Assembly: GCA_021613535.1 (NCBI GenBank)
Contig: CP075496.1
Location: 2,356,001 to 2,420,000 of the forward strand
DNA: 64,000 nucleotides
DNA from: Adineta vaga
Taxonomy: Eukaryota > Animalia > Rotifera
Reading direction: 5' to 3'
This document shows positions 11,101 to 25,163 of the stretch, in pieces. How positions within the stretch are numbered: the first letter of the stretch is position 1; each line of letters starts with the position of its first letter. Under the pieces are notes generated by a model. It was not told the DNA's origin, did not search any database, and saw only the letters and a list, made by a program, of their open reading frames with translations. The position numbers were made by a program, and so were the translations under genes.

Positions 11101-14100
11101 TTGTTACCTTATTCATCTTTCAAGAACCTTCTCAATTATCATCTCTACAAGATAATGGTTTAACTGATGTTCTAATGCATGCTTTATTGAAAAAAGATGT
11201 ACCAGCTGCACGAGATGTTCTAGCATCATTACCGAATATCTTTAGTTCGTTATGTTTAAATACACGTGGCCTAGAAAATTTCATGGAATATAAACCATTT
11301 GATAAATTATTTCGTGTTCTTCTCTCACCCGAATATTTACCAGCTATGAGACGACGACGCGGAACAGATACAATTTATGGTACAGCATCAAGTCTTGGTA
11401 ATGCTGTGGATGAATTAATGAGACATCAAGTTAGTTTACGCACAGAAGCAATGAAATCAATTATAACTTTACTTGAACAACTTGTTGAAATGGGAAATAA
11501 TCCGAAATATTGTTGTCAAAAACCACATTCATCATCATCAACAACAACAAATAAATTAACTGATACAATACGTACACAACATCGAACAGTACGAACAACG
11601 AATACAACAAATACCAATACAGCAGGAAATGATCGAAATTCATCCGATGATGAATATGATGATGACGAAGCAACAAATGATGAAGCACCTTTAGCTAATC
11701 GATCAGCAACAACAACTACAACCGTGCCGGGAGCTTTAACAACCACAACAGCAACTATATCTGCAGTAACAATATCGCCCGAAGCAATAACAAACATTCC
11801 TATTGTACTTAATCAAACATTATTAAGTGACAATAAATCGGAAGATGAATCAGTACCAATTGCTGTTCCCTTATTAGATTATATAACAAATATCATGCGT
11901 TTCGTTGAAGGTGTTATTAGTAATAATACAACCGATGATCATGGAAAAGAATTTGTTAAATTAGGAGGTTTAAAACCGTTATTAGATATATTACAAATGA
12001 AAAATTTACCAATTGATTTTCCATCAAGTCAAGCATGTCAATGTGTTGCTGCACTATGTAAATCAACGTTGACATTACTTGTTAAAGATAATAAATTAAT
12101 TGAAATGGTTATAACAAATCTTGATAGTATATTAAATTCATTAACAGATTTCTATTCAACTCGTACATATGATGGTTCATTATTAATCGAAGAATTAGCT
12201 CATGCTGTTTCATCTTCATCAACACCAATTGATCCAATTGATGCAATTAATCAATCTTCATTAACTCCTATACTTCATCGATTATCGATTGTTCATTCTC
12301 ATATATCATTATTAATATCCTTATGTAAAATAACACAAACGGATGTTCGAGGAATTTTAATTAGTTTCTGGGGCACTGAAACTGGTTTACGTGTATTAAG
12401 AAATTTAAATAAATTATGTTTAACATTAATATGGGAAAGTTCAATATTATTAACATTATGTTCATCAGAAACGAATCTTATGGATCAACAATTTAATAAA
12501 AATGATCTATTAAAATTATTTCCATTAATTAATGATATAACAAATACAATTTCACCATTGCATAATGTTTCCAATCAATTAAATGATTTAACAACGAATG
12601 AAGTCACTCGAACATTTGATGTTGATGAAATTATTTCCATGGATACAAGTGATTTTACTAAATTGAAATTAAAATTATCTTTTAATATTCAACAACGTAT
12701 TAAAACAATCAAACCATTATTATGTGTTTCATCAAAACTTGGTCGAGCTCTTGGTGAACTTTATAATTTACTTGTTCGACAATGTTCAACATCACAAATG
12801 AGACATGCAAGACGTTTTAATCAACAACCAACCGCTTATACACCAACAGCATCAGCGAAATTTGTTGCATCAACATTAACTGAAGTTTTACGTGATGGAT
12901 TTTCATTTCATTTACCAGCAAATAACAATCTAACTGAAAGTCAAATTGAAAAATTTCGTTTAACATTTTTTGTTTGTACAATAGGTTTCGCTACTCCGAT
13001 GTTATTTGATGAACGTCGTCGTCCTTATATGTTAATGTTACAACAATTTGAATCATCAAAAGCTCAAGAAGCATTATTTTCTGCACTAGAATGGACACTT
13101 GATTTAATCAATCGTCAATCTCTAAATACGGATGACCAACCAACATCACCATTAAATAATACATATGATGCATCACCAACCGAATTTCTTAATTCAGCAT
13201 TAATGCTTATATTACGTCTTGTCAATGTTAAATCGATTCTTGAATCTCCACATGCAATTGCAAAGAAAGCACAAACAGAAGGAATGCATTATACACCATT
13301 TAATCCTTTACATTATTTAGCTTTGACACATAAATGTGCATTTCATATATTAACAAATTCATGTTCAGTTCTTTGGGATAAACCATATTTATTAAAAGAT
13401 CATGCAACGAAAATTATCGATAGTATACTTTCAATATTTTGTCATATTTTACGTGGAGAATCACAAATTCAAAAGAAACTTCAAGATGAAGAACAGTTAC
13501 AACAACAACAGCAGCAGCAACAGCAACAACAACAACAACAACAACAACAGAATGTACCAATTTCATCATCAACCATTGCATCCAATGATACGAATCAACA
13601 ACTACAACAACAACAACAACAACAACAGCAACAGCAACCACCAACAGCAACAGCGACAGATCTGGATTTACCTGGTTCATCTGCATTAGCTGGTAATAAT
13701 TCTGCACCATTGAATGAAGATTTTATTCAATCGATTACATCCATGGGTTTTTCACGTGACCATGCGATTGAAGGTTTAATACAAACTAATAATAATCTCG
13801 AATTAGCTGTCGATTATTGTGTTAGTCATCCTCAAACTGTCGTCGCATCAAACCCACAAAGTAATCTTCCTGATATGGATGCTGATATGGCACGTGCTTT
13901 ACTTTTATCACTAGGTCAAGAAGTGGACGAAGCGGCTTTGGCTAATCCAATTGCGGCATTAGCTGCTCTATCACGAGATAATACTAATACTACCAGCTCA
14001 GCAACAGCCACCACCATCACCACCACCAGCAATGAAACGAATCCAAATCCAATTTCGACAACGGAATCATCATCGACAACGGCTACAGCAACAGCAACAG

Positions 14101-17100
14101 CAACAACAACAATAACATCCGTAGAAAATGCTAATCAACAAAAAATTCTTCCAACAATTGAACCTCTATCAAAAGAATCTGTTGATCGATTTACTGATTC
14201 GATTATGTTAAAAATTCTCGATATATTACCTGATACTGTATATAAAATGTGTGAACTTGTTGTGACGACTATGCATCGAAATGGTATTGCATGGCGTGAT
14301 CATTTCTTAGAAATCATTGCGAACGATATAAAAACAAGTTATTCATCGTTAATTGATCTATTGGATAAGAATTCTTCGGATGAAAATCAACAATCACTTA
14401 ATCTATTTCTTAATGATCATCAAAATTCTGTTCTATTCAGTCGAACATTATTAATGTCATTATTATTCGAAGAAATGCCCTTTCCATGTGCACGTATTGT
14501 GGAAAAATTTTCATTAGTCAATTATTTTTGTATATTAATTCATCGTACAACCGATCATCTTACGAAAGTTCATGAAAAGAAAACACCAACATGGTTAGCA
14601 TCTGCATTTATATTTCTTGATTTATATGAAAAAGTTTCATTAGCATCGAAACGTCGTTCGACTATTAATGAAAATTATCGTGACTGTACTCGTGTATGGC
14701 AATGGTTTGATGAACGTACTGTTCGATGGAATAATTATCCATCAGCACAAAATAAACAGATAGATGATGCCTATGCGAATGGTGAACCTTCATGTAAAAT
14801 TGTGATACAACGTCGAAATTATCTAGTACAATTTAGTACAATGTTACAAACGAATGAAGACACACATAATAAACGACCGATCATGTTAACATTTGCAAAA
14901 CCATCAACGAAAACAAATACAGATGGATCAACACAAGTACCATCAGCACCACCTACATTGTCATCCGTTTTATCGACATCGGATACAAGTGATGATGATG
15001 ATGACGATGACGACGATGATCATCATCACGAACAACCTGGACAAGGTGTGACAATAGATTCTGTCGAAACAAAAAAAGTCGAATCAATGGATACTGAACA
15101 ACATATTGATACAACAGTATCTGTTATTGAATCATTAGCAGATGAACATGCATTGGTATTAACTAGTGATTGTGTATATTTGATACGTATGCCAGTAGAT
15201 CCTGATGCTATCCATGCATTATTACGTCTAATATTACGTTTAACACGTGATTATAAATATGCTCGACAATTTGCTCAATCAGGTGGTATACAAGCAATAT
15301 TAAGTTTAACTCAAACATCAGCTTTTCAAGGTTGTGCATCATTAATTACATTAATTTTTCGTCATATCATGGAAGATGATAGTAATTTACGTTTGGCAAT
15401 GGAAAAAGCTATTCGTCAAGCATTGACAGGTAATCATGGAGGATCAATCGGTGTTCAACCTGCATGTCCTGGTTCACATGAATTAAATGTTATTTTACGT
15501 ATACTTGGTCCAGCAATGACACGTGCCCCAGATATTTTCTTGGATGTTGCATCCAATGTTTTGCAATTATTACCACCATCAGCGGGTCGTTTAGCTGGTT
15601 CGGTCAATCGATTTACTAATCCATTTAATAATGAAGATGATCATCATTCACAAACAAATTTACATACAGGACCATTAATATTACAAGCACGACCAGCAAC
15701 CAGTCAAACTACAACAGTTACTTCTACTGCTCCAACAGCATCGACAACGTCGACCGTAGAACAAAATTCTCAAACACGTGCAAACCGATCGACTGCAACA
15801 ATGGTATGCGCATCAACATCAGCAACACCAACGACGACAACAACAACAACTCACGATTCTATTGGAGAATTAGCTGAACGTCTATTAGTTGATCTACTCG
15901 ATTTCTTACTCACCAATGATGATGCTAATCCTAAACGTTTACTATCAAAATCAACTGTCTTACGTATACTTGCTGAATTAATACGTTCGTATGCTAATGT
16001 AGCTAAACTCGTTTCTACCAAAACATTTTCATTACCTGACAATCACTCATGTTCAGCATTATCCTATATTCTTGATTATTTACTACCAGGTACAAATAAT
16101 CAACAGATCGATTACGATAAAGATATTCCAGCTCTATGTCGTTTATTTCTTGTTGCAATGGCTGCATGTAATCATTGTTTAGAATCACAAATGAATTTAG
16201 TTAACGAAGTTAAAATGTCATTGAATAAAATCTTGGTTTTACCTGAATGCGATGAAAAACATCTACGATTACAAGCATTAGCAAATATTATCAATACAAT
16301 GATTGAATCATGTCCAGCACCAAATACGTCTGCACCACAACAGGGACAACATCGTTTACCACAATTAATTATTAATAATATGATTAAAATTATGTATAAA
16401 CGTGGTTTAATCAATGATCTTGCTAAAATGATACATAGTATTGAATTATCAAGTGCCAAATTAGCTGATACAGTCAATGCCGTTCTTAAACCTATGGAAA
16501 CCTTATCACGAGCAATCAATTATGCAACATCATTACATGTTCCAGCTGCTGCTCGTCCACATGCAGTACGACATCCAACAACAACGGCAACAACAAATCC
16601 AACGGATGCTTCAACGATTCCATCGACAACAACAGTAACTTCGGATACCACGTATCAGCACAAGAACAAAGAACAACTACAAATCAAGAACAAACTACAA
16701 GATCAACTACAGATTCATCTCGATTAATTGAACCACAAACATCACAAAATCCAACGCTTGTCTCAACTCATGATGAAAATCGCTCTTCACTCGATACTCC
16801 GAATACAAATAATAATAATACATCATTAAATTCTGCTAATCAAGTATTATTAAGTATTAGTCAAGAAGAATTATTAAATGCAACTGATATGGAACCAGTT
16901 GCTGGTTTACCACAAGATGTTGATATTTTTGAAAGAAGTATTCATGGAACAGCACGATTATCAACAGATGAAGATGATTGTGATGGAGATCATGATGGAG
17001 AAAGTATTGAAGACGAAGATGAAGACGACGAAGATGATGATGAAGATGAAGCTGTTGGAACAATTAATGTAGAATTTGATGTTCACAATCCACTTGATGA

Positions 17101-20100
17101 TACTCATGAACATGGTATGTTTAGTAAAGAAAAGAATTTAATAAATGATGATCTGTTTCTTTTTTTTGAAAATATCATAGCAACAAGTTCAAGTTCGACA
17201 ACAACAAGTGATGATCAAGGCGATGAAGACGATGCTGAAGAAACCGATAGTCCAGATGAAGATATTGATATGGATAGTACAAATGGAAATGATCGTGATC
17301 CACAACATCGGTGAGTTACTTTTATTCTTTGATATATTCAGTTGGGAAACTGAATCTTTTGTGTTTCTTACAGTTATAGTGATGATGATGAAGATATTAC
17401 GAGCGAAGAAGACGCAGATGTTCGTTTAACTGGTAAATTGAAATAAAATCATTTGGATTTATTTGATTTCTTTCATTTTCTCAGGTGCAGTATCTTCAGG
17501 TGAACAACATGATGATGATGAACTTGATGATGAAAGCGATAATAGTGAAAGTGATGACACACAAACAGGTGACGAACTAGATGAAAGAGAAGGTCCAACT
17601 ATTGATATACACATTGAAACAGCGTCAAGTCAATCAGCCGATGAACATTTAGCTGGTGATAGTGGAAGAAATGATCAAACAAATGAAACAGGTGATAATC
17701 TAAATGATAATGCGACAAATAATAATGACAATAATCCAGATGAAGATGAGGATGATGACGACGAAGATGACGATGACGACGATGAAGAAGATGAAGAACA
17801 AGATGATGATGAAGATGATTTTGCTGGAGATGAGGATGCTAATGCTGCCGATATTGAAGATATGATTGCAGGGTAATGAGAAAAATATATTATTTTATTG
17901 TTATTATTTTTTGTTTATTTCTCTCGCTCTCTAGTGATATGGATGCAGCTAATGCTTGGCAAGATGAAGATGAAGAAGAAGAAGATGAAGATGATGAAGA
18001 TGAAAGTACAGAATTTGAAGATGATGATGGTGATATTGCAGATTATGTTCATGAAATGGAATTTGACGAAGAAGTTCTTTCTGAAATTCGTAATAATCTT
18101 ATGTCACCAACTGATATTGATCCCATTTTAATCTCTAATCTTCAAGGTGTTCGAATTCGTGCAACTGGTTTTCCATCATTACATGGCATGAATGATACAG
18201 GTTAGTTCAATATTCTTTATTTAAATACAACAACTAATTTCTTCTTCTTTTAGTTGATCCAGCTCTTCCTCCGCCACCCATGAGTGTTCCTGCATTACAT
18301 CCATTACTTGTACATCATGCGGATAATCAATTGAGTTCAGGTGCTTTTTCACGTTTTCGTCAATTAGGTGCAGCAGCAACGACAACAACAGCACCCAATC
18401 AAGTAACTAATTTGAATGTATTACCAACACAAGCTAATCAAGGAACTACATTAACATTTGGTCAACAAAATGGAACAACAGCAACTATTCTTACAGGACA
18501 AGCAGCGTTAGCTGCACATCAACAAATTGCTCAGCAAACACAACGTAATCGTATGTTTGATATTTTCTCTAATTTGAAAAACTGAATGATTTCATTTATT
18601 TGCAGGTACAACACGAACATTATTTATTCCTGGCGGTACAACAACATTCGGTCGAACAGCTGCAGCTGCCGGTGGTTTTGCTGAATATCTTAATCAAGTT
18701 AATCAACTTGATGTCGATCCATTAACGGGTCCAACAGTTAATAATGGTAATATGCAAGGTACAACTACAGCACGTATTCTTGTTGGTAACGGTGCTGATC
18801 CAGATGCATGGCGATTTCTACACGATCAAATTCTCATGGATATTGCTCCGCAAGCAAATGAAGGCAATGAAAATATTGATGGAACAAAAATCTATATGAT
18901 ACGTACACCGTTAGCACGTTGGATGGAAGAAAGTGTTGTCTTAGATGGTCCTTATGTACATGATGCTGTTTCAGCATTGAAATCGAGAGTAACTGAGCCA
19001 TTGGAAAAACAATATGAGTCCGAATTACAAGTTCTATTAGCGAAAAAAGCAAAAGATGAAGAAGAACGTAAGAAACGTACCGAAGAAAAAAATCGACAAG
19101 AAGCAGAACGTGCACAAGCAGCCGCCGCTGCTGCTGCTGCTACAACAGCTTCCGCTGCAACAGCATCTACTACTACTTCTACAACTACTGATGATCAATC
19201 ACAAGCAGAAAGTACAACAACGGCAGCAAATGCTGAACCAATTATAACAGTACCAACAACAGTTGATGAAACACAACATGTAAATGATATTGTAATGACT
19301 TCACCCGAACAACAACGTTCTACACAAGTTTCGTCATTTTCTGATACTGCTCAAGATATTAGTTCAAGTCTTACACATCCAGTTGGTGAAGACACAACAG
19401 CAATCACTCTTCCATCGATAGGAGCAGGTACGGATTAGAATTGTCCTTCTTAAAAAATATGTTATTCGAAAGAATTTAATTTATTCTTTCTTTCTTTTAG
19501 TTACTAGTCCATTACCAACAGAAAATATGTCAACAGGTGGTCAATCACCTGGTCAATTAGCAACATCACCAACAACATCTATGGAAATAAATCATCCATC
19601 ACCACCGAAAGATGCATCAGTTGAACAAGAAAATCAACAAGAAGATCAATTGACGACAGATCACGAAACAACATTAACAGCATCTACAACGAATGAAGAA
19701 ATACCTTCATCAACAACGACTGAAAATTCAGCAACTACAACTAATACTGCGGCTGCAGTTACAACTGCACCACCACCTGAACCTGAAGTTGAATGGACTG
19801 TATTAGTTATTGATGGTCGTGAATTTCGTGTTCCAAAAGCATTAGAAATCGATCCATCATTTTTAGCTGCATTACCTGAAGAAATGCGTCAAGAAATTTT
19901 GACTGATCTTGTACGAAATTTCGAACGCGAAGAAAGTCAACGACGTGCACAACGTGCTGCTGCCTATGCTGCTGCTAATCCAACAGCAAATCCAAATCCA
20001 CAATCAACAGAGAATGCTACAAATGATAATTTTACAATGAGAGCAAATCAAACAGCTACGGAAGCAGTTTTTGGTGAAATGCTCGGTGAAATCAATCCAG

Positions 20101-23100
20101 AATTTATTTCTGCTTTACCACCAGAAATTCGTGAAGAATTATTAGCTGATCGTCGTCGTACAGCAGCAACAATGGCTGCGATGACCGGTGTTAATTTGCC
20201 TGATAGCGGTCCAGCTGAATTTTTACGTACTTTACAACCACATCTTCGTCAGCAAGTTCTTGCCGATATGGATGAAAGTCAAATTGGTTCTTTACCAGAA
20301 GATATAGCCAATGAAGCTCGAGCATTACGTGCAGCAATGGAAACTCAACAACAACAATATCTACGCGATCGTATGGTTCGAACTCATCATGATATGATGA
20401 ATATATTAACAAATAATACACATCATAGTACACGGCCTATTCGTATGTATAATTTACGTGCTTTACAAGAAGCACGAAATAATCGTGCTGATCGACAACC
20501 AACAAATTGGTATTCCTTACGTACTGGAGCAAATCCGGCAGATCTAAATAGTAATTCAGCAACAGTAGGAACACGCGGTCGACAACTATTAGATTACGAA
20601 TCAATTTGTTGTCTATTAGTCTTATTATTCATTGATGATACACGTTTGAATTTCGGACGATTACAAAAAGTTCTCAAAAATTTATGTCATCATACTCAAA
20701 CACGGCAATGGATTATCAAAGCTCTACTATCAATCATCAATAAAAGTACTGGACGAGCTGAATATGAAGGACCAACATCAACACCTGGTGCACCAACATT
20801 AGTACTTAAAAATCCTCCAGCAAATACACAATCTCAATCAACAACGAATACCACTAATGTGAATGAAACACAACAAATTAAAATTATCAATCCATCATGG
20901 TTAACTATTAATTTCGAAAGTGCATTTGGTGCTCGTACAAATGTTTTCAAAATTCTACGTTTAGGTAATACCAAACGTCATGGTTCAACACAAATCTCTG
21001 TTCATGCTCAAGCATGTCCTATTGTTTGTCGACAAGTTCTGGAATCGATGATTATATTAGCAAAAACATTTCCTGAACAATTTCTTCCATTACCAATTAA
21101 TAATAATACGAATCAAACTGAATCACAACCAGCAATTCTATCAGCGAATGAACCGACAACGAAAGTCAATTCACCTGATAAACAATTAGTTGCAACACCA
21201 TCTAAAGCATCAACTAGTATTCGTGATTTATCATTTTGGGAACTAATCCTTAAATTAGATCAATCATTTAGCAATCGTTCAAATCGTTCCGCATCAACTT
21301 CTTCGCAAAATGTTTCATCAATTGTTATTTCAAATCCAAATGCTTCTAACAATCAACGAACAACATTAACATTAAATATTAATAATACTAATACGAATGA
21401 AATCGATTTTGAATCATCACCATTAGCAGCATTGTTACTCATGCTTGATCATCCAATTTTAAATAAAAATAATCAATTAATGGATAAATTATTTAAATTA
21501 CTTTCATTAATTTCTCAAAGTTTTCAAATACATATTATTACAAAGAAAGATATTTCACCGTCACCTCTTGCTGCATCAACACCAATGATAACTGAACCAT
21601 CAACTCAAGCAACAAATCCTCTTCAACAACAACAACAACAACAACAATTACCACCACTTCCAACACCGACAAATCAACCGATAACAACAAATACAACAAA
21701 TAAATTAGTTGTTTCGGATGATCAAGTTGTTTTAGGTTCACAATTAGATTTAGTAATCAAAGCATTAATATCAAAATCATGTACGGAAGATGGTCTCGAG
21801 TTCGCAACAATACTTCTACTAAATGTTTCAAAAATTAATCAAGCAACACGAGATAAAGTTTTACATTTATTATTAAATGGTATTCGTTTATTAGGAAAAG
21901 AAGTTAGTGAAGAAATCAAGTAAGTTTCAATTAGTTAACATCGATCTTTTTACATAGAATACTTTTTTTCCATTTAGACAATTACTTTGGGAAGTTCAAG
22001 ATTATCTTACAAAAAATAAATCTAATCTTCCATCGGGTAATGATGATGAATCATCGAATACTCCCATTGATGAATCTTCGAAATTATTTGATTCATATAA
22101 AAATATTCGTTCGAATACACTTACATCAGTCAATAATGATCCCAATGCTAAACAACAAGATTTACAATTACCAGCTATGGTTATGTTAACATCGAAAACA
22201 GCTAATCAACAATTTCTATTACGTATTCTTAAAGTCATCATACAATTACGTGATGCAACGAAAAAAGAACAACTTGATACTCAAACACATTTCGAAACCG
22301 AACTTCATACATTAACACGTCGTCTTGATACATTACGTCAATCTTTACGTCCCTATATTCCATCCGATACAAATAATCAACAAAATGAAATTCTTCAACC
22401 AATTGATGAATTAGCTAATCGTTTAGAACAAACGCGTACACGATTACAAACCGTATTAAATTCGAATACACTTGAACAACGTCAACAAATCTTTTCTCAA
22501 CAAGAAACAATTAATGATATACAAGATATTCATCGATTAATTCGACAATTAGAATTTTTAATTGAAAATTTTCATGATCCACCTCTATCAGCAACAATGA
22601 CAACACGTATTAATGATGTTCTACAAACAATTCCACCATTACTTCCACAAATCAATGAACCAATGGATGTCGGCGCAATTGTACCAACTCAACAAACGAA
22701 ATTAAGTGATCTATTAAATATCAATCAATTATGGGATTCATTAAGTGATTGTTTATCATCATTAGCAAAATTACCTGATCCACATGCTGTCTTAGTTCTT
22801 CAACCAGCTGTTGAAGCATTCTTTCTCGTTCATGCAGCTGATCTAGATAATGAAAATGAAAAACAAAATAAGAAGAAAAAAGATCGAGAAACACGTGAAG
22901 CCTTATCACATTTAGAATGTTTCGGACCAGCACCAACGACAACATCTGCTGATCGTGGTGCACCAGACGAACCTGTTATTGCACCTTCAAATACTGCAAC
23001 ATCAGCCAATGATTTAACATCACCAACACTTGTACTTCGTACAGGAATGTCTCAAACAATCTCAACAAATGAATTACCATTAGATGCACAGAAATTTGTT

Positions 23101-24470
23101 GAATTTGCTCGTACACATCGTACTGTCTTAAATCAAATCTTACGTCAAAGTACACAACATTTAAGTGAAGGACCATTTCATATACTAACGGATTATACAG
23201 CCATACTTGATTTTGATGTGAAAAGAAAATATTTTCGTCATGAACTTGATCGTTTGAAAGAAAATATTCGCGGAGAAGATTTAGCTGTACATGTTCGACG
23301 TGATAATGTTTTCGAAGATTCTTATCGAGAATTAAGTCGACGTTTACCGGAAGATTGGAAACATCGATTCTATATTGTCTTTGATAGTGAAGAAGGTCAA
23401 GATGCTGGTGGACTTTTACGTGAATGGTATTCAATTATTGCACGTTCAATGTTTAATTCCGATTATGCTCTATTTATGATCAATCCAGGTGATCGTGTAA
23501 CATATATGCCTAATCCACTCTCACATATCAATACAAATCATTCACAATATTTCAAATTCATTGGACGTATTATAGCCAAAGCTATATTTGATAATAAATA
23601 TATGGATTGTTATTTTACACGTTCATTCTATAAACATATACTTGGTATACCCGTCCGTTATACAGATATGGAATCAGTTGATTTACAATTTTATAAAAAT
23701 TTAGTGATGTTATTAGAAAATGATATTCAACAATTAGGTTTAGATTTAACATTTTCATTAGATGCAAGCGAATTTGGTGTGAATAAAGTGATAGAATTAC
23801 GACCGAATGGTTCGTCAATTCCTGTTACAAATGAAAATAAACATGAATATGTTCGTCTTGTTTGTCAAGAGAAAATGATTGGTTCTATTCGACAACAGAT
23901 CAATTCATTCTTAGAAGGTTTCTATACCATCATACCTAAAAGTTTAATATCAATATTTAATGAACAAGAATTAGAATTATTAATTTCGGGTTTACCTGAT
24001 ATTGATATTGAAGATCTTAAAGCAAACACTGAATATCATAAATATCGACCAAATTCTCTACAAGTAACTATTCGATTTTCATCGATAACAAAGAAGAATT
24101 CATTTCTTTTTCATTAGGTTCAATGGTTTTGGCGTGCATTACGTTCATTTGATAAAGAAGATCTAGCGAAATTCTTACAATTTGTTACAGGTACATCGAA
24201 AGTACCATTGCAAGGTTTTGCACATTTAGAAGGTATGAATGGTGCACAAAAATTTCAAATACATCGTGATGATCGTTCAACTGATCGTTTACCATCTGCT
24301 CATACTTGGTAAGATTGAAAGTTTTTTCTGATACTTAAATTCATTTTTGTATGTTGAAATTTTTGTTTAGTTTTAATCAATTGGATTTGCCGGCATATGA
24401 AAGTTATGATAAATTACGTAAAATGTTACTAATTGCAATTCGGGAATGTGCAGGATTTGGATTTGCATAA
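8115..24470 (+). CDS. HUWE1: HECT E3 ubiquitin ligase HUWE1 (ARM-like repeats, UBA, UIM, WWE, UBM x3, HECT)
   Basis: Starts [38 protein letters not shown]. Has UBA ([13 protein letters not shown]), UIM-like ([11 protein letters not shown]), WWE ([11 protein letters not shown]), UBM repeats ([18 protein letters not shown]; [18 protein letters not shown]) and HECT ([14 protein letters not shown]...LPSAHTC/FNQLDLP). Ends [11 protein letters not shown] at 24468-24470. One frame break near 16651. Confidence 0.97.
10451..10589 (+). ncRNA. Intronic box H/ACA snoRNA, SNORA16/snR46-like
   Basis: Lies in a ~257-nt HUWE1 intron. Hairpin 1: gctc/gagc lower stem, catttcta/tagaagtg upper stem, H box ACAATA (10512-17) 14 nt from the pocket top. 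Hairpin 2: taacaag/cttgtta and atttatat/atataaat, with ACA at 10584-86. The 5' pocket (tatcgaag + tcaa) fits the conserved LSU rRNA sequence UUGA-UC-CUUCGAUG. Confidence 0.8.
13494..13640 (+). repeat. Two CAA/CAG polyglutamine tracts within HUWE1
   Basis: Runs of caa/cag encode the two poly-Q stretches just before the UBA domain. Confidence 0.85.
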
Positions 24471-24762
24471 AAGGAACAAAACTTACTATTCGATCGATGA
24501 CTTGTCATACCAACAGATAGTCTTTCGCCGTTATTTGTTATTTTGTTGTGTTTTTCTTTCTATGTTCTCGTTTTCTTCTTCTTCTTCTTTTCGATGCCAT
24601 AAAACGGATATTAGAATTCTCTCTTTCTCTCATACATTTTTTTTTCTGGTTGGCTTTGATCAATGTTAGATTGATTGACAGTGAATTATTCCTTTTTGCG
24701 CCGGTCATTTTTTTGCTCCTTTTAATCCGATCTATCCAACGGTTCTGTTCATTTGTGTTTGC

Positions 24763-24812
24763 GTGTGTGTGTGTGTGTGTTTTCTCTTTCTCTCTATACA
24801 TATATATATATA
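24763..24812. repeat. (GT)n and (TA)n microsatellites in the HUWE1 3' UTR/intergenic region
   Basis: (gt)9 at 24763-24780, followed by a (ta)n run near 24800. Confidence 0.8.
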
Positions 24813-25163
24813 TTATTAAGCGCTGTAGATGCATTCCTTGGCTAGCGGTATTCTAATCCGCAACATTTTCTTTCTTTCGTCTTGGTTATTATTACTCTTT
24901 TGATGATATTTGATTAGAAACAAAAAACTTATATCAAGTGGATGTTCGGCGCTCTATTTCTATTTTATGTATATAAATAAACAAGAGGACAGGAATTTTT
25001 CAACTTGTTTTTCTTCTTTTATTTTGAGATCTATTTTCTTCAAAGAGTTCAGAGAAAAGAAACTTTAGTAGGACAACAATGAATAAATTTACTCTGTCAA
25101 AATTGATAGATGATTGAAAACGAACATTTCTTTTTCATATTTCTTTGTTTTTGTAGAAAAAAA

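Noticed and set aside
11461-23818. Numerous short alternate-frame and antisense ORFs overlapping HUWE1 (poly-V, poly-M, poly-N products)
   Set aside because: They are shadows of low-complexity codon runs (ACA, GAT, CAA) in the real reading frame.
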